Positions 1 to 7,908 of a DNA stretch of 32,000 nucleotides are shown here, in pieces. Numbering within the stretch: position 1 is the first letter of the stretch; the number at the start of each line of letters is the position of its first letter. Under the pieces are notes generated by a model, which saw nothing but the letters and a program-made list of their open reading frames with translations, had not been told where the DNA came from and searched no databases. Location of the stretch: positions 1,200,001 to 1,232,000 of the forward strand of contig NC_000917.1 of assembly GCF_000008665.1 (NCBI RefSeq). The letters are read 5' to 3'. The stretch comes from Archaeoglobus fulgidus DSM 4304 (GTDB lineage Archaea > Halobacteriota > Archaeoglobi > Archaeoglobales > Archaeoglobaceae). The position numbers were made by a program, and so were the translations under genes.

Positions 1-365
1 TCAACCTCGCTCAGAGCGTTGTTGGTTATGTCCTCAACTATCCTCCTGATTTCATCCTGGCTCAGCTTCTCGCCCCTCGTCTTCTTCTTTATCAGCTCAA
101 CGCTTTTTGGTTTCGGAGATGGAAACACATCAACCTCAGCACCGTCCGATATTCCAAGCTCCATTGAAGCGAGGTCTGTTAATCCGACAAAGCCCTTCTC
201 AACGATTTCCCTCGTTATCTGTACTGTGGCGACAACCCCCGCCTTGCCGTACCTCACCCTGACTCTATCCCCCTCTCTGACGCCAAGCTCGCTTGCATCC
301 TCTTCGTTAAGAATCACGGCAAACCTTCCCGACTTGAATGGAACTCTAACCGCCTTGAAAATCAT
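1..365 (-). CDS. deoA: AMP phosphorylase (thymidine-phosphorylase family) paralogue; first ~121 codons only, gene continues past the left edge
   Basis: My own minus-strand translation from ATG 365..363 gives MIFKAVRVPFKSGRFAVILNEEDASELGVREGDRVRVRYGK...SPKPKSVELIKKKTRGEKLSQDEIRRIVEDI. This is colinear with the N-terminus of the upstream 505-aa ORF. It is absent from the ORF track because it is open at the window edge. Its ATG overlaps the upstream stop as ATGA (362-365). Confidence 0.7.
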   Translation of the reverse strand, partial: MIFKAVRVPFKSGRFAVILNEEDASELGVREGDRVRVRYGKAGVVATVQITREIVEKGFVGLTDLASMELGISDGAEVDVFPSPKPKSVELIKKKTRGEKLSQDEIRRIVEDITNNALSEV

Positions 366-1879
366 GACCACCACCTTCCCATCGTGTACCTCTCTATAAT
401 AACCCCTGAAATCTCGAAGGCCTGCTTGGTGTTCGCAACCTCTATTGCGTTGTCGAGCTTCCACTCCTTCTCAGCATAGATGGTGAGAAGCGGGTCTCCG
501 ACCTTTACAACCTCACCCCTCTTCTTGTGGACATAAACTCCCGCTCCCTTGTCCTTGGGGGCTCCTGCTGTCCTTGCTATTTCGTTAAGGGCTGCTATGT
601 CTATTTCCCTAACGTAACCCTCCTTCGCAGCGTGGAGAGTGTAGGTCTTATCCCCCACCGCCACGTCCTCGGCCTTAACGCTCTCATCTCCTCCCTGAGC
701 CGCAACAATCTCCCTGAACTTCTCAAGCGTTTTTCCGCTCTCGAATATCTTCCTGGCATGCTGATAGCCGTTTGTGGCTATACCGGTCATCTCGAAGAGT
801 ATTCCCGCTATGCCAAGGGACTTCTCAAGCAAGTCCCCTTCAACCTTCCTCTCCATAACTTCGAGAACCTCTCTCGCCTCCAGCGCGGGGCCAATAGCCC
901 TTCCAAGGGGTTGAGAGCCATCTGTCAGAGCCGTTGCAACCTTGAGGTTCAAGTTCCTCCCAATTTCCATCATAGCATTTGCGAAGCCTCTTCCGACGTC
1001 AACGTTCTCGACCTTGGCCTTCTTTCCAACCGGAATGTCGATGGCGACGAATCTTGCACCGCTTCCCAGCTTTTTGGACAGCACACTGGCCATTAGATGC
1101 GGTTTTGGGCTTAGCTCCAGCTGGTATTCGACCCTTATTATTTTCTCATCAGCCGGGGCAATTCCCGTGGGGGCGTTCCATGCTATAACCCCTCCAACTT
1201 CCTCGGTAATCTCCTTTATCTCGTCAACGCTCAGATTGACGTTTGCGAGAACCTCCATAGTGTCTGCCGTTCCGCTTGCAGTGGTTATGGCTCTGCTTGC
1301 TGTCTTCGGAATTAAGAGCCCCGCCGCAGCAACCGTGGGGACGGCAATCAGCGAAAACCTGTTTCCGGGCAACCCTCCAATGCTGTGCATGTCCACAACC
1401 GTTCCCCTTTCGAAAACTACCCTTTCTCCGACTTCGACCATCGCCTCGATCATCCACTGAATCTCGTCGTTCTGCATCCCTACAATCTCGTTTGCAAGTA
1501 TGAATGCAGAGATTTCAATGTCCGAGAGTACGTCAGATGAGATGCTGCCAATTATGTCCTTAATCTCCTCTCTTTCGTATTTAGCTCCGTTAAGCTTCTT
1601 TCTTATGTATTCGACCGACTTCGGCCTGGCGAAGGGAACAATCTCAACCACGCACTCCTCGGAAAGGCTGCACGTCTCGGCGGTGAAGGTGCAAACTCCA
1701 GCTTCCCCACTGCTAATGAACTCCTGAGAGATCTCAACCTCCGCTACGAATGATTTGCCGTCATAGCTAACCTTCACTCTGTCTCCCGGAAGGAGACCGA
1801 GTTCAGCCGCGTCATCCTGACTCAGAACAACAGCAATCCTTTCGGTTCTGAGGGGCAAGGTCTTTATCCTGAACTTCAT
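362..1879 (-). CDS. deoA: AMP phosphorylase (archaeal DeoA, thymidine phosphorylase family with extra N-terminal domain)
   Basis: 505 aa. It has the ~85-aa N-terminal extension typical of archaeal AMP phosphorylases, plus the family motifs DMHSIGGLPGNR and TASRAITTASGTADTME. A TATA-like AGTTAATATTC lies about 25 nt upstream on the minus strand. Confidence 0.85.
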   Translation of the reverse strand: MKFRIKTLPLRTERIAVVLSQDDAAELGLLPGDRVKVSYDGKSFVAEVEISQEFISSGEAGVCTFTAETCSLSEECVVEIVPFARPKSVEYIRKKLNGAKYEREEIKDIIGSISSDVLSDIEISAFILANEIVGMQNDEIQWMIEAMVEVGERVVFERGTVVDMHSIGGLPGNRFSLIAVPTVAAAGLLIPKTASRAITTASGTADTMEVLANVNLSVDEIKEITEEVGGVIAWNAPTGIAPADEKIIRVEYQLELSPKPHLMASVLSKKLGSGARFVAIDIPVGKKAKVENVDVGRGFANAMMEIGRNLNLKVATALTDGSQPLGRAIGPALEAREVLEVMERKVEGDLLEKSLGIAGILFEMTGIATNGYQHARKIFESGKTLEKFREIVAAQGGDESVKAEDVAVGDKTYTLHAAKEGYVREIDIAALNEIARTAGAPKDKGAGVYVHKKRGEVVKVGDPLLTIYAEKEWKLDNAIEVANTKQAFEISGVIIERYTMGRWWS

Positions 1880-2005
1880 TGAACTTCAAAAACTCTGAAA
1901 GAATATTAACTTTTTCTCGCTATCGTGAAGAAGTTATAGATAATGTTGTTTATGTTTAAAAATTCTCACCTGAAAAGGTTTTAAAGCTGACGACAATTTA
2001 ACATC

Positions 2006-2929
2006 ATGAACATACTGGAAATTGCGGAGAACCTCTACCTAATAGACCTCCCTCAAAAGAGGGAAGGTTTCAGGAAGTTTATAAGCTCATGGGTAATAAA
2101 AAACGGTGATGAGGCTGTTTTGATTGATGTTGGGCCCTCCTCAACAATTCCAAAGCTCCTCGAGTCGCTGAAGTATCTGGGAATAAAAGCGGTTCCCTAC
2201 ATTCTGCTAACTCACATCCATCTCGACCACGCAGGAGGTGTGCACGACGTTCTGAAGAAGTTCCCAGAGGCAAAGGTTGTGGTTCACGAAAAAGGGAAGA
2301 GACACCTCGTTAACACGGAGAGACTTTGGGAAGCTTCAAAGGTCGCTTTAGGCGACATCGCAGAGGTTTACGGACCCCCAAAGCCCATCAGTGCCGAATC
2401 AATATGGGATGGAGAAATCGAGTTTGCGGGGGAGAGCATTGAGGTCATCGATGCTCCGGGCCACGCTCCTCACCACCAGTGCTACGTTTTCAAGGAGTTT
2501 CTGTTCATCGGTGAGGCTGCGGGCGTGCACATGCCACTGAAAAACGACTACTACCTCCGCCCTGCCACGCCCAAGAGGTTCATTTTTGAGGTTGCCCACT
2601 CCACCCTTGAAAGATTGAGGGACTTGGGAAGCTTGAGAGTTTGTTTCGGGCACTTCGGATTCAAGAGAGATAGCTTAGAGATTATTGAGAAGGCAGGCAA
2701 GCAGCTCAGATTCTGGGTTGATACCGTTTACGACATTGGCTGCAGGAGGGACTTTGAGGAGGAGGATGCAATAATCAGGGAGGCTAAAGAGGAGCTTCTG
2801 GAGAAGGACAGAAGGTTTGCCCGCTACCATCTGCTTGATGAGGATATCCAGAAAAGAGAGGACTTCTTCATAGAAAACTCGCTCAGGGGAATTCTGGACT
2901 ACGTTTACACCAGCTACTGTGAGCCCTAA
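2006..2929 (+). CDS. metallo-beta-lactamase-fold hydrolase, substrate unknown
   Basis: 307 aa with the HxHxDH motif (LTHIHLDHAGG) and a later APGHAPHH. A TATA-like GTTTTAAAGC lies about 23 nt before the ATG. Confidence 0.8.
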   Translation: MNILEIAENLYLIDLPQKREGFRKFISSWVIKNGDEAVLIDVGPSSTIPKLLESLKYLGIKAVPYILLTHIHLDHAGGVHDVLKKFPEAKVVVHEKGKRHLVNTERLWEASKVALGDIAEVYGPPKPISAESIWDGEIEFAGESIEVIDAPGHAPHHQCYVFKEFLFIGEAAGVHMPLKNDYYLRPATPKRFIFEVAHSTLERLRDLGSLRVCFGHFGFKRDSLEIIEKAGKQLRFWVDTVYDIGCRRDFEEEDAIIREAKEELLEKDRRFARYHLLDEDIQKREDFFIENSLRGILDYVYTSYCEP

Positions 2930-2959
2930 TTTTAAATATCCCCAACCACTTGAAGTATC

Positions 2960-3838
2960 GTGGAAGCTAAGGACTGGCTGGCAGTTGTGGCAAAGCTCAG
3001 GAGAGAGTTTCTCAAAATCGCTTTAATTGTAATTGTTGTCAGCTCCCTGTTTTTCACCTTCGGCGCGAACATAGTCGTTGGGAAGATTATTGGCGACCTC
3101 TTTCCCGGGGAGGCTGTAATTGAGAACAGAGATAAAATCCTCGCAATTGCCGAAGAGCTGAAAAAGATAGCCTCGGATTTGGAAAACTACGCCTACCACC
3201 CGTCCGAGGCGAACAGAAGTATTGCCTTCGCCGCCTCCAAAAGTCTTGTAAGGATAGCAATGCAGCTCTCAACCTCTCCTGTTCTGCTCACACCCTTGGA
3301 GGGGCTGCTCCTGTACCTCAAAATCTCCCTCGCAGTCGGAATTGCCGCTGCCCTCCCCTACATTTTCCACCTTGTCCTGACAGCTTTAAGGGAAAGGGGC
3401 GTTATTACCTTCAGCTTCAGAAAAACCTCAGCCTTTAAATACGGTATGGCAGCAATTTTTCTCTTCGCCCTCGGCATTTTCTACGGCTACAACATGATGA
3501 AGTTCTTTATTAAATTTCTCTACCTCATGGCGGTCTCCCAGGGAGCGATACCGCTCTACAGCCTTTCCGAATTTGTCAACTTCGTTGCCCTGATGCTTGT
3601 TCTCTTTGGAATTGTTTTTGAGCTGCCGCTCATTCTCTTTTTCCTCGTGAAAAACGACATTGTGAAGTACGAGACCCTCTCCTACTACAGGAGGCACATC
3701 TACGTTGCCTTTTTCGTAATTGGTGCAATCACCACACCCCCTGATGTTTTCACGCAGTTGATGGTGGCTGTGCCGATGGTTGTCTTTTTTGAAATCAGCC
3801 TGCTTTTCGTCAGAATCTTTGCCCGTCCAAAAACCTAA
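2960..3838 (+). CDS. tatC: Sec-independent (twin-arginine) translocase subunit TatC
   Basis: 292 aa with multiple hydrophobic spans and a TatC-like C-proximal motif, FVIGAITTPPDVFTQ. GTG start lies about 26 nt after AATTTTAAATAT (2928-2939). Confidence 0.8.
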   Translation: MEAKDWLAVVAKLRREFLKIALIVIVVSSLFFTFGANIVVGKIIGDLFPGEAVIENRDKILAIAEELKKIASDLENYAYHPSEANRSIAFAASKSLVRIAMQLSTSPVLLTPLEGLLLYLKISLAVGIAAALPYIFHLVLTALRERGVITFSFRKTSAFKYGMAAIFLFALGIFYGYNMMKFFIKFLYLMAVSQGAIPLYSLSEFVNFVALMLVLFGIVFELPLILFFLVKNDIVKYETLSYYRRHIYVAFFVIGAITTPPDVFTQLMVAVPMVVFFEISLLFVRIFARPKT

Positions 3839-4143
3839 AGCATCTCCAAAGCCTCTTCCACCTTCATCCCCCTTCTTACACCAAGTTCTTCGGCCTTTGA
3901 AGTAAGCTCTGCAATCTCAGCAGAGGACACATCCTGAAAGCCCCTCACTCCCCTCACAACGCATGCCGCATTGCCAACCTTCTCCATCGCCTCCACGCTT
4001 ATATAACCGCAGCCAACAACGAGCCTTTCGTGGATTAAAAGCAGCAGAGGTGCGTTCGGCAGGTCAACCTTCAATCCGAGCAGCTTTTTACCTCCCACGT
4101 CGAGCATTTCCACCTCAATCATGAACTTATTTTGGAAGAGCAT
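3835..4143 (-). CDS. small YunC-like (DUF1805-type) protein
   Basis: The core LLLLIHERLVVGCGYISVEAMEKVGNAACVVRGVRGFQDV...GMKVEEALEML matches the YunC/DUF1805 pattern as I remember it. The track ORF (to 4218) overlaps nreA. Starts at ATG 4143 or ATG 4122 (MIEVE...) are more plausible. Confidence 0.6.
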   Translation of the reverse strand: MLFQNKFMIEVEMLDVGGKKLLGLKVDLPNAPLLLLIHERLVVGCGYISVEAMEKVGNAACVVRGVRGFQDVSSAEIAELTSKAEELGVRRGMKVEEALEML

Positions 4144-4162
4144 ACTTAAAACCTGACGCTGA

Positions 4163-5029
4163 ATGGTTTCTGTGAGGTGCGCTGAATGCAAGGGGAAGCT
4201 CCTCTGCGGGAGGAGCAAATGCCCGCTGCTGGAGAAGTATAGGTTCTTGAAGGAGATTAAAATTGACAGCAGAATTCTCGACCCCTCACCGCCCTCAATT
4301 TTCGTTGGGAGAGTTGGGTATCCGAAGGTCTACGCTGGCCCCCTCGTCTCCATTAATGCCGATCCGGTTTATGCAGACTCCCCATGGCTTTGGAAGAGCA
4401 TAGAGGAGGTAATCAGGCTGAGAACGTCAATGCTGAGAGTCTCAAGGAGATTCAGAGTTGAGGACGTGAGAGAGGAGAAGAAAGAGCTTACCGAGATGCA
4501 GGAGATGACTGCAGCAATTAAGCCTGTCGATGTTGAGGCGGAAATCAGGAAAATAAGCAGAAAGGCTGAGTTCGATGACGTTATGCAGCCTATGGGCTAC
4601 TCTGCCATTGCCGAATCCATAAAGCTTGCAGAAAACCCGAAAATCCCCGACAAAGTTGAGAAAGTTTACTACGATGACATGAAGGCCTACGAAGCTCTTA
4701 GCTACCTCTACAACCACGGCTTCTCAACCTACTACCTCCAGAAAATTTTTTCTGCAGGGATTCTTGGGGAAAGGAAGAGCAGAAAGCTTGTCCCCACAAG
4801 GTGGAGCATAACCGCAGTGCACAGCATTGTTGGGGAAGCTATCAAGAGGGAAATTGCCGCTTACAAACCCATTGACAAAACTCTCCTCTTCAACTACGAG
4901 CATTTCGGCAACCACTTCGAGGTTATCCTGTCTCCTGAAAATTACTTCTTCCAGCTTGTTGAAATATGGCAGAGAAAGTCCTTCTGGAGCCCGAAGAGGA
5001 CTGGATTGGGGTTGACAGCGAGGACATAA
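4163..5029 (+). CDS. nreA: NreA-like archaeal DNA-repair protein, N-terminal (Nre_N) portion; reading frame breaks here
   Basis: N-terminal Cys cluster CAECKGKLLCGRSKCP and overall Nre_N-like sequence. It ends in a short out-of-family tail (SPKRTGLGLTART) after the frame is lost. Confidence 0.7.
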   Translation: MVSVRCAECKGKLLCGRSKCPLLEKYRFLKEIKIDSRILDPSPPSIFVGRVGYPKVYAGPLVSINADPVYADSPWLWKSIEEVIRLRTSMLRVSRRFRVEDVREEKKELTEMQEMTAAIKPVDVEAEIRKISRKAEFDDVMQPMGYSAIAESIKLAENPKIPDKVEKVYYDDMKAYEALSYLYNHGFSTYYLQKIFSAGILGERKSRKLVPTRWSITAVHSIVGEAIKREIAAYKPIDKTLLFNYEHFGNHFEVILSPENYFFQLVEIWQRKSFWSPKRTGLGLTART

Positions 5030-5337
5030 GGCCCAAAAGGGATTACTCCAATTTGAGCGGTGGATACTACGCTGCTCGCCTGCCCGTGCTTGAGTATTTG
5101 AGGGAAAAGAGGGGGCAGGCTTCAGTTCTCGTCATCAGAGAGATTAAGCCCTCATATTACGCACCTCTCGGCGTTTGGGTTGTGGAAGAGGGAGTAAGGA
5201 AAGCTCTTAAGAGCAAGCCGGAAGTTTTCGAGAGCTTTGATGATGCCCTGACAGCAGCATCGCGGAGAGTTGAGAACAAAGAGTGGAGAGCACTTGTTTC
5301 GAGACAGACGTCCCTTGCTTCCTTTTTTGGGTTTTGA
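4966..5337 (+). CDS. nreA: NreA-like protein, C-terminal (Nre_C) portion in the -1 frame relative to the N-terminal part
   Basis: Contains GGYYAARLPVLEYLREKRGQASVLVIREIKPSYYAPLGVWVVEEGVRKA and a terminal PIP-box-like QTSLASFF. This frame only opens after the stop at 4960-4962. Confidence 0.7.
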   Translation: MAEKVLLEPEEDWIGVDSEDIRPKRDYSNLSGGYYAARLPVLEYLREKRGQASVLVIREIKPSYYAPLGVWVVEEGVRKALKSKPEVFESFDDALTAASRRVENKEWRALVSRQTSLASFFGF

Positions 5338-5404
5338 AGGTTAGGAAATCGAGGGAAAGCTTAATATTAGAAAAAAGAAAAATTCGATTGCTGGAGGTGT
5401 TTTT

Positions 5405-5662
5405 GTGGCTGAAAGGGAAAGGGATAGGGAGCAGCACGAGAGGTTGTTTAAGGCTGCCTCAAACCCTCTGAGGAAGAAAATGGCAGAGAAAATTGGCAAC
5501 AGGGGAATTACGAGAGAGGAGCTCAAGAAGGAGCTTGGAGACGTTTCGGACTTCGAGTTCAAGTTCAACCTCGACTACCTCATAGCAGAGGGTTTTGTTG
5601 TGGAGAAGGATGGGAAGCTCTACCTCACCGAGGATGGAGTGGATCTGGCATACGGAGGTTGA
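5405..5662 (+). CDS. small ArsR-like winged-helix DNA-binding protein
   Basis: 85 aa with a GTG start. [31 protein letters not shown] resembles the ArsR-type HTH. It ends 4 nt before the rubredoxin ATG. Confidence 0.5.
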   Translation: MAERERDREQHERLFKAASNPLRKKMAEKIGNRGITREELKKELGDVSDFEFKFNLDYLIAEGFVVEKDGKLYLTEDGVDLAYGG

Positions 5663-5666
5663 TAAA

Positions 5667-5831
5667 ATGGCGAAGTATGAATGTCAGGTTTGCGGTTACG
5701 TTTACGATGAGGCTGAGGGCGACCCAGACAACGACATTCCCGCTGGAACCAAGTGGGAAGACCTGCCTGACGACTGGGTCTGCCCTGTTTGCGGTGCATC
5801 AAAGGACCAGTTTGAGAAAATTGAGGATTAA
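5667..5831 (+). CDS. rub: rubredoxin
   Basis: [20 protein letters not shown]...[16 protein letters not shown] carries both CxxCG knuckles. GGAGGT lies 8 nt upstream. The track ORF start at 5595 is an upstream extension. Confidence 0.95.
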   Translation: MAKYECQVCGYVYDEAEGDPDNDIPAGTKWEDLPDDWVCPVCGASKDQFEKIED

Positions 5832-5840
5832 CCTTATTTT

Positions 5841-6638
5841 TTATTCCCTCGGCAGTCCGAGAAGTGATTTTACCATATTCTCTCTCGCCCACTCCTTCTC
5901 GCTGACGAACTCCATCAGAATGGCCTTTTGCGAGGGGTTGGGGAAGCACGCTGCCACAATTTCGTCAATGGTTTTCCCCTCAGCGTAGAGCATCTCTGCC
6001 TTCTCCTTCAGCCCCTTCAGGTAGTTGAGGTACTCAACCACCTCATCCCTGCTCGCAACTCCCACTCCCGTGTAGGCATAGTTGAAGTCGTATTTCAGCA
6101 CCTTTTCTATGGACTCTATAGTCTTTAGCAAGTTTTCTTCCCGCATGCAGACCATCTGGGCCGTGTTGATTACAAGATCACCGCAGAAGAGCTTGTCGTC
6201 AACGAGGTAGCTCACGTGATCGAAGCTGTGGCCGGGGGTTTTTATCATCCTCACCTCAACATCGTCGAACTTCATGACCTCCTTTGCAACCTTAACCCCC
6301 TCAATCTTCTCAGGTTGCCCCCAGCCTATTTTTCGGTATTTAGGTATATCTGGGGGATTTCTCAGAATTTCAAGGGACTCTTCAGGGACGTAAACGTCTG
6401 TTATTTCCTTAAAGAGGTTTACAGCACCTATGTGGTCCTCGTGGTAGTGGGTAATCAGAACCGCCTTAATTTCCCTCCCCTTAAAGTGCTCGAAGACCTC
6501 CTGAGCGGTGTTGGGGCAACCTGCATCAAAGAGGAGGTTGCGGTAGTAGTAAAGGTAAACCCAGTGCAGGACCCTCCCCTGCACCTCCGTTCCAACTTTC
6601 ACGGCCTCAACTTCACCATGCATTTCCGAAACGAGCAT
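5841..6638 (-). CDS. metallo-beta-lactamase-fold protein
   Basis: 265 aa with HYHEDHIG (HxHxDH) and TPGHSFDH. A TATA-like box at 6659-6669 lies about 26 nt upstream of the ATG at 6638. Confidence 0.8.
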   Translation of the reverse strand: MLVSEMHGEVEAVKVGTEVQGRVLHWVYLYYYRNLLFDAGCPNTAQEVFEHFKGREIKAVLITHYHEDHIGAVNLFKEITDVYVPEESLEILRNPPDIPKYRKIGWGQPEKIEGVKVAKEVMKFDDVEVRMIKTPGHSFDHVSYLVDDKLFCGDLVINTAQMVCMREENLLKTIESIEKVLKYDFNYAYTGVGVASRDEVVEYLNYLKGLKEKAEMLYAEGKTIDEIVAACFPNPSQKAILMEFVSEKEWARENMVKSLLGLPRE

Positions 6639-6739
6639 AATAGTTCATTTTTGTTGACTTATTTTAAGGTTTTCAAATTGTATGAATTCGTAGGGTTTAA
6701 ATGTTATGGATTTTTTGCGACAATTAATCGTAGATATTA

Positions 6740-6758
6740 GTTAAATGCAACATTTTAA
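6740..6758. repeat. candidate left (sub)terminal inverted repeat of the IS
   Basis: GTTAAATGCAACATTTTAA versus the reverse complement of 7884-7904, GTTAAGTGCATAACATCTTAA: 17 matches, 2 mismatches and one 2-nt gap. Confidence 0.45.
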
Positions 6759-6876
6759 TAAAATATTATGAAAACTCAAGCTTTATATGTGTCCTTTTAA
6801 AATTTTCACAAAAGCCAGAAGGGGAATTTATTGTCCTGAGCAAAACTATTTATACTATAGATAATAGACCAGTTGC

Positions 6877-7362
6877 ATGGGCAGAAAGCGAGTTTACGAA
6901 GTTGTAAAGCACCTACCAGCAGAAGAACTCGATAAAAGGATCAAAAAGCTCGAAAAAGATACAAGAGTCCTTCAAAGACTCTACTTCATAAGATACCTTT
7001 ACAGAGGAATGAGCGTTGAGGAAGCTGCCGAACTGGTAGGAATTACAAAGGCTACTGGCTACACATGGCTCAAGAGATGGAATACCAGAGGTTATGAAGG
7101 CTTAATTCCCGAATTTGGAGGTGGTAGACCTTCAAAACTTACAAAAGATCAGAAGGAAGAACTCAAAGAAATGCTCAAGGAAAGAGACTCGTGGACAACG
7201 AAAGAAGTTCAGGAGCTAATTGAAGCGAAATTTGGAGTTTCTTACTCTTCGTGGCAGGTCAGGAGAATTCTGAAATCATTCGGCATGAAATACGCCAAGC
7301 CCTATCAAAAGGATTACAGAAAGCCTGAAAATGCTGAAGATTCTTTAAAAAAACATGGATGA
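6877..7362 (+). CDS. IS630-family transposase orfA (HTH DNA-binding part)
   Basis: 161 aa with two HTH-like segments (MSVEEAAELVGITKATGYTWLKRW; WTTKEVQELIEAKFGVSYSSWQVRRILK), typical of IS630/Tc1 N-termini. A TATA-like CTATTTATAC lies about 27 nt upstream. Confidence 0.85.
   Translation: MGRKRVYEVVKHLPAEELDKRIKKLEKDTRVLQRLYFIRYLYRGMSVEEAAELVGITKATGYTWLKRWNTRGYEGLIPEFGGGRPSKLTKDQKEELKEMLKERDSWTTKEVQELIEAKFGVSYSSWQVRRILKSFGMKYAKPYQKDYRKPENAEDSLKKHG
7347..7353 (+). other. A7 tract at the orfA/orfB junction (candidate slippage or frameshift site)
   Basis: TTTAAAAAAAC. orfB is in the +1 frame relative to orfA. Loss of one A in the transcript, or a +1 shift, gives a continuous ~343-aa transposase (...EDSLKNMDEAEIRQSDVIGFIDE...). 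Confidence 0.5.
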
Positions 7363-7903
7363 AGCCGAAATTCGCCAATCAGACGTAATAGGATTCATCG
7401 ATGAGATGGCAGTCGAAGCGAATGCAAATACAGCAAAGCTGTGGAGTTTTGGAAGGCCTGTTAAAAGAGTCGCTACTTACGTCAAAGCTAAGGTTTCAGG
7501 ATTCTATAGCTTGAACGGGAAAAGCGTAATAGAGTTTCTTAAGAGTAACAGGTCAGAAGACTTCATATCTTTTCTCAGGAAAATCAGAGAGGAAAATCCC
7601 AAGAAAAGGATTGTAATCGTTCTCGACAATTTCAAAACGCATCATGCTAAAAAGGTGAAAGAGGAAGCTGAGAAGCTTAGCATTTCGCTGGTTTATCTTC
7701 CTCCTTACTCTCCCGATTTGAATCCGATTGAAAACGTCTGGAAGAGTGTTAAAAGAGCAGTTTCAGAAACATCTCCTCTGAATGTAGATGAACTTAAAGA
7801 AACGATTGCTAAGGCCTTCAAAAAGTTAACAGGGTCGATATCATTTGCGAAGGGCTGGATTGAGAAGTTCTTGGGGGATAAGTTTAAGATGTTATGCACT
7901 TAA
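7355..7903 (+). CDS. IS630-family transposase orfB (DDE catalytic part)
   Basis: Catalytic residues are VIGFIDEMAV (D), VIVLDNFKTHHA (D) and SPDLNPIENVW (E). I counted 35 residues from the second D to E, a DD35E spacing. Confidence 0.85.
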   Translation: MDEAEIRQSDVIGFIDEMAVEANANTAKLWSFGRPVKRVATYVKAKVSGFYSLNGKSVIEFLKSNRSEDFISFLRKIREENPKKRIVIVLDNFKTHHAKKVKEEAEKLSISLVYLPPYSPDLNPIENVWKSVKRAVSETSPLNVDELKETIAKAFKKLTGSISFAKGWIEKFLGDKFKMLCT

Positions 7904-7904
7904 C
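7884..7904. repeat. candidate right terminal inverted repeat of the IS
   Basis: Partner of 6740-6758. It overlaps a direct copy (7882-7896, GTTTAAGATGTTATG) of the left-end sequence 6695-6708 (GTTTAAATGTTATG). Confidence 0.45.
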
Positions 7905-7908
7905 CATA

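Larger units (their letters stand above)
6693..7906 (+). mobile_element. IS630-family insertion sequence (boundaries approximate; alternative left end at 6740)
   Basis: Two overlapping transposase ORFs and AT-rich ends. TA dinucleotides flank 6693..7906 (1214 bp) and also 6740..7906 (1167 bp). 6740-6758 (GTTAAATGCAACATTTTAA) is an imperfect reverse complement of 7884-7904 (TTAAGATGTTATGCACTTAAC). The transposase stop lies inside the right terminal repeat. Confidence 0.6.

Noticed and set aside
19-399. 126-aa plus-strand ORF at the left edge
   Set aside because: Low-complexity Ser/Leu/Thr-rich translation. It lies antisense to a clearly homologous AMP-phosphorylase N-terminus on the minus strand and is a shadow ORF.
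527-1727. Several plus-strand ORFs (527..1096, 942..1460, 979..1188, 1276..1503, 1500..1727) inside deoA
   Set aside because: All are antisense or alternative frames of a well-supported 505-aa gene. Their compositions are biased (Ser/Pro/Leu) and they carry no recognisable motifs.
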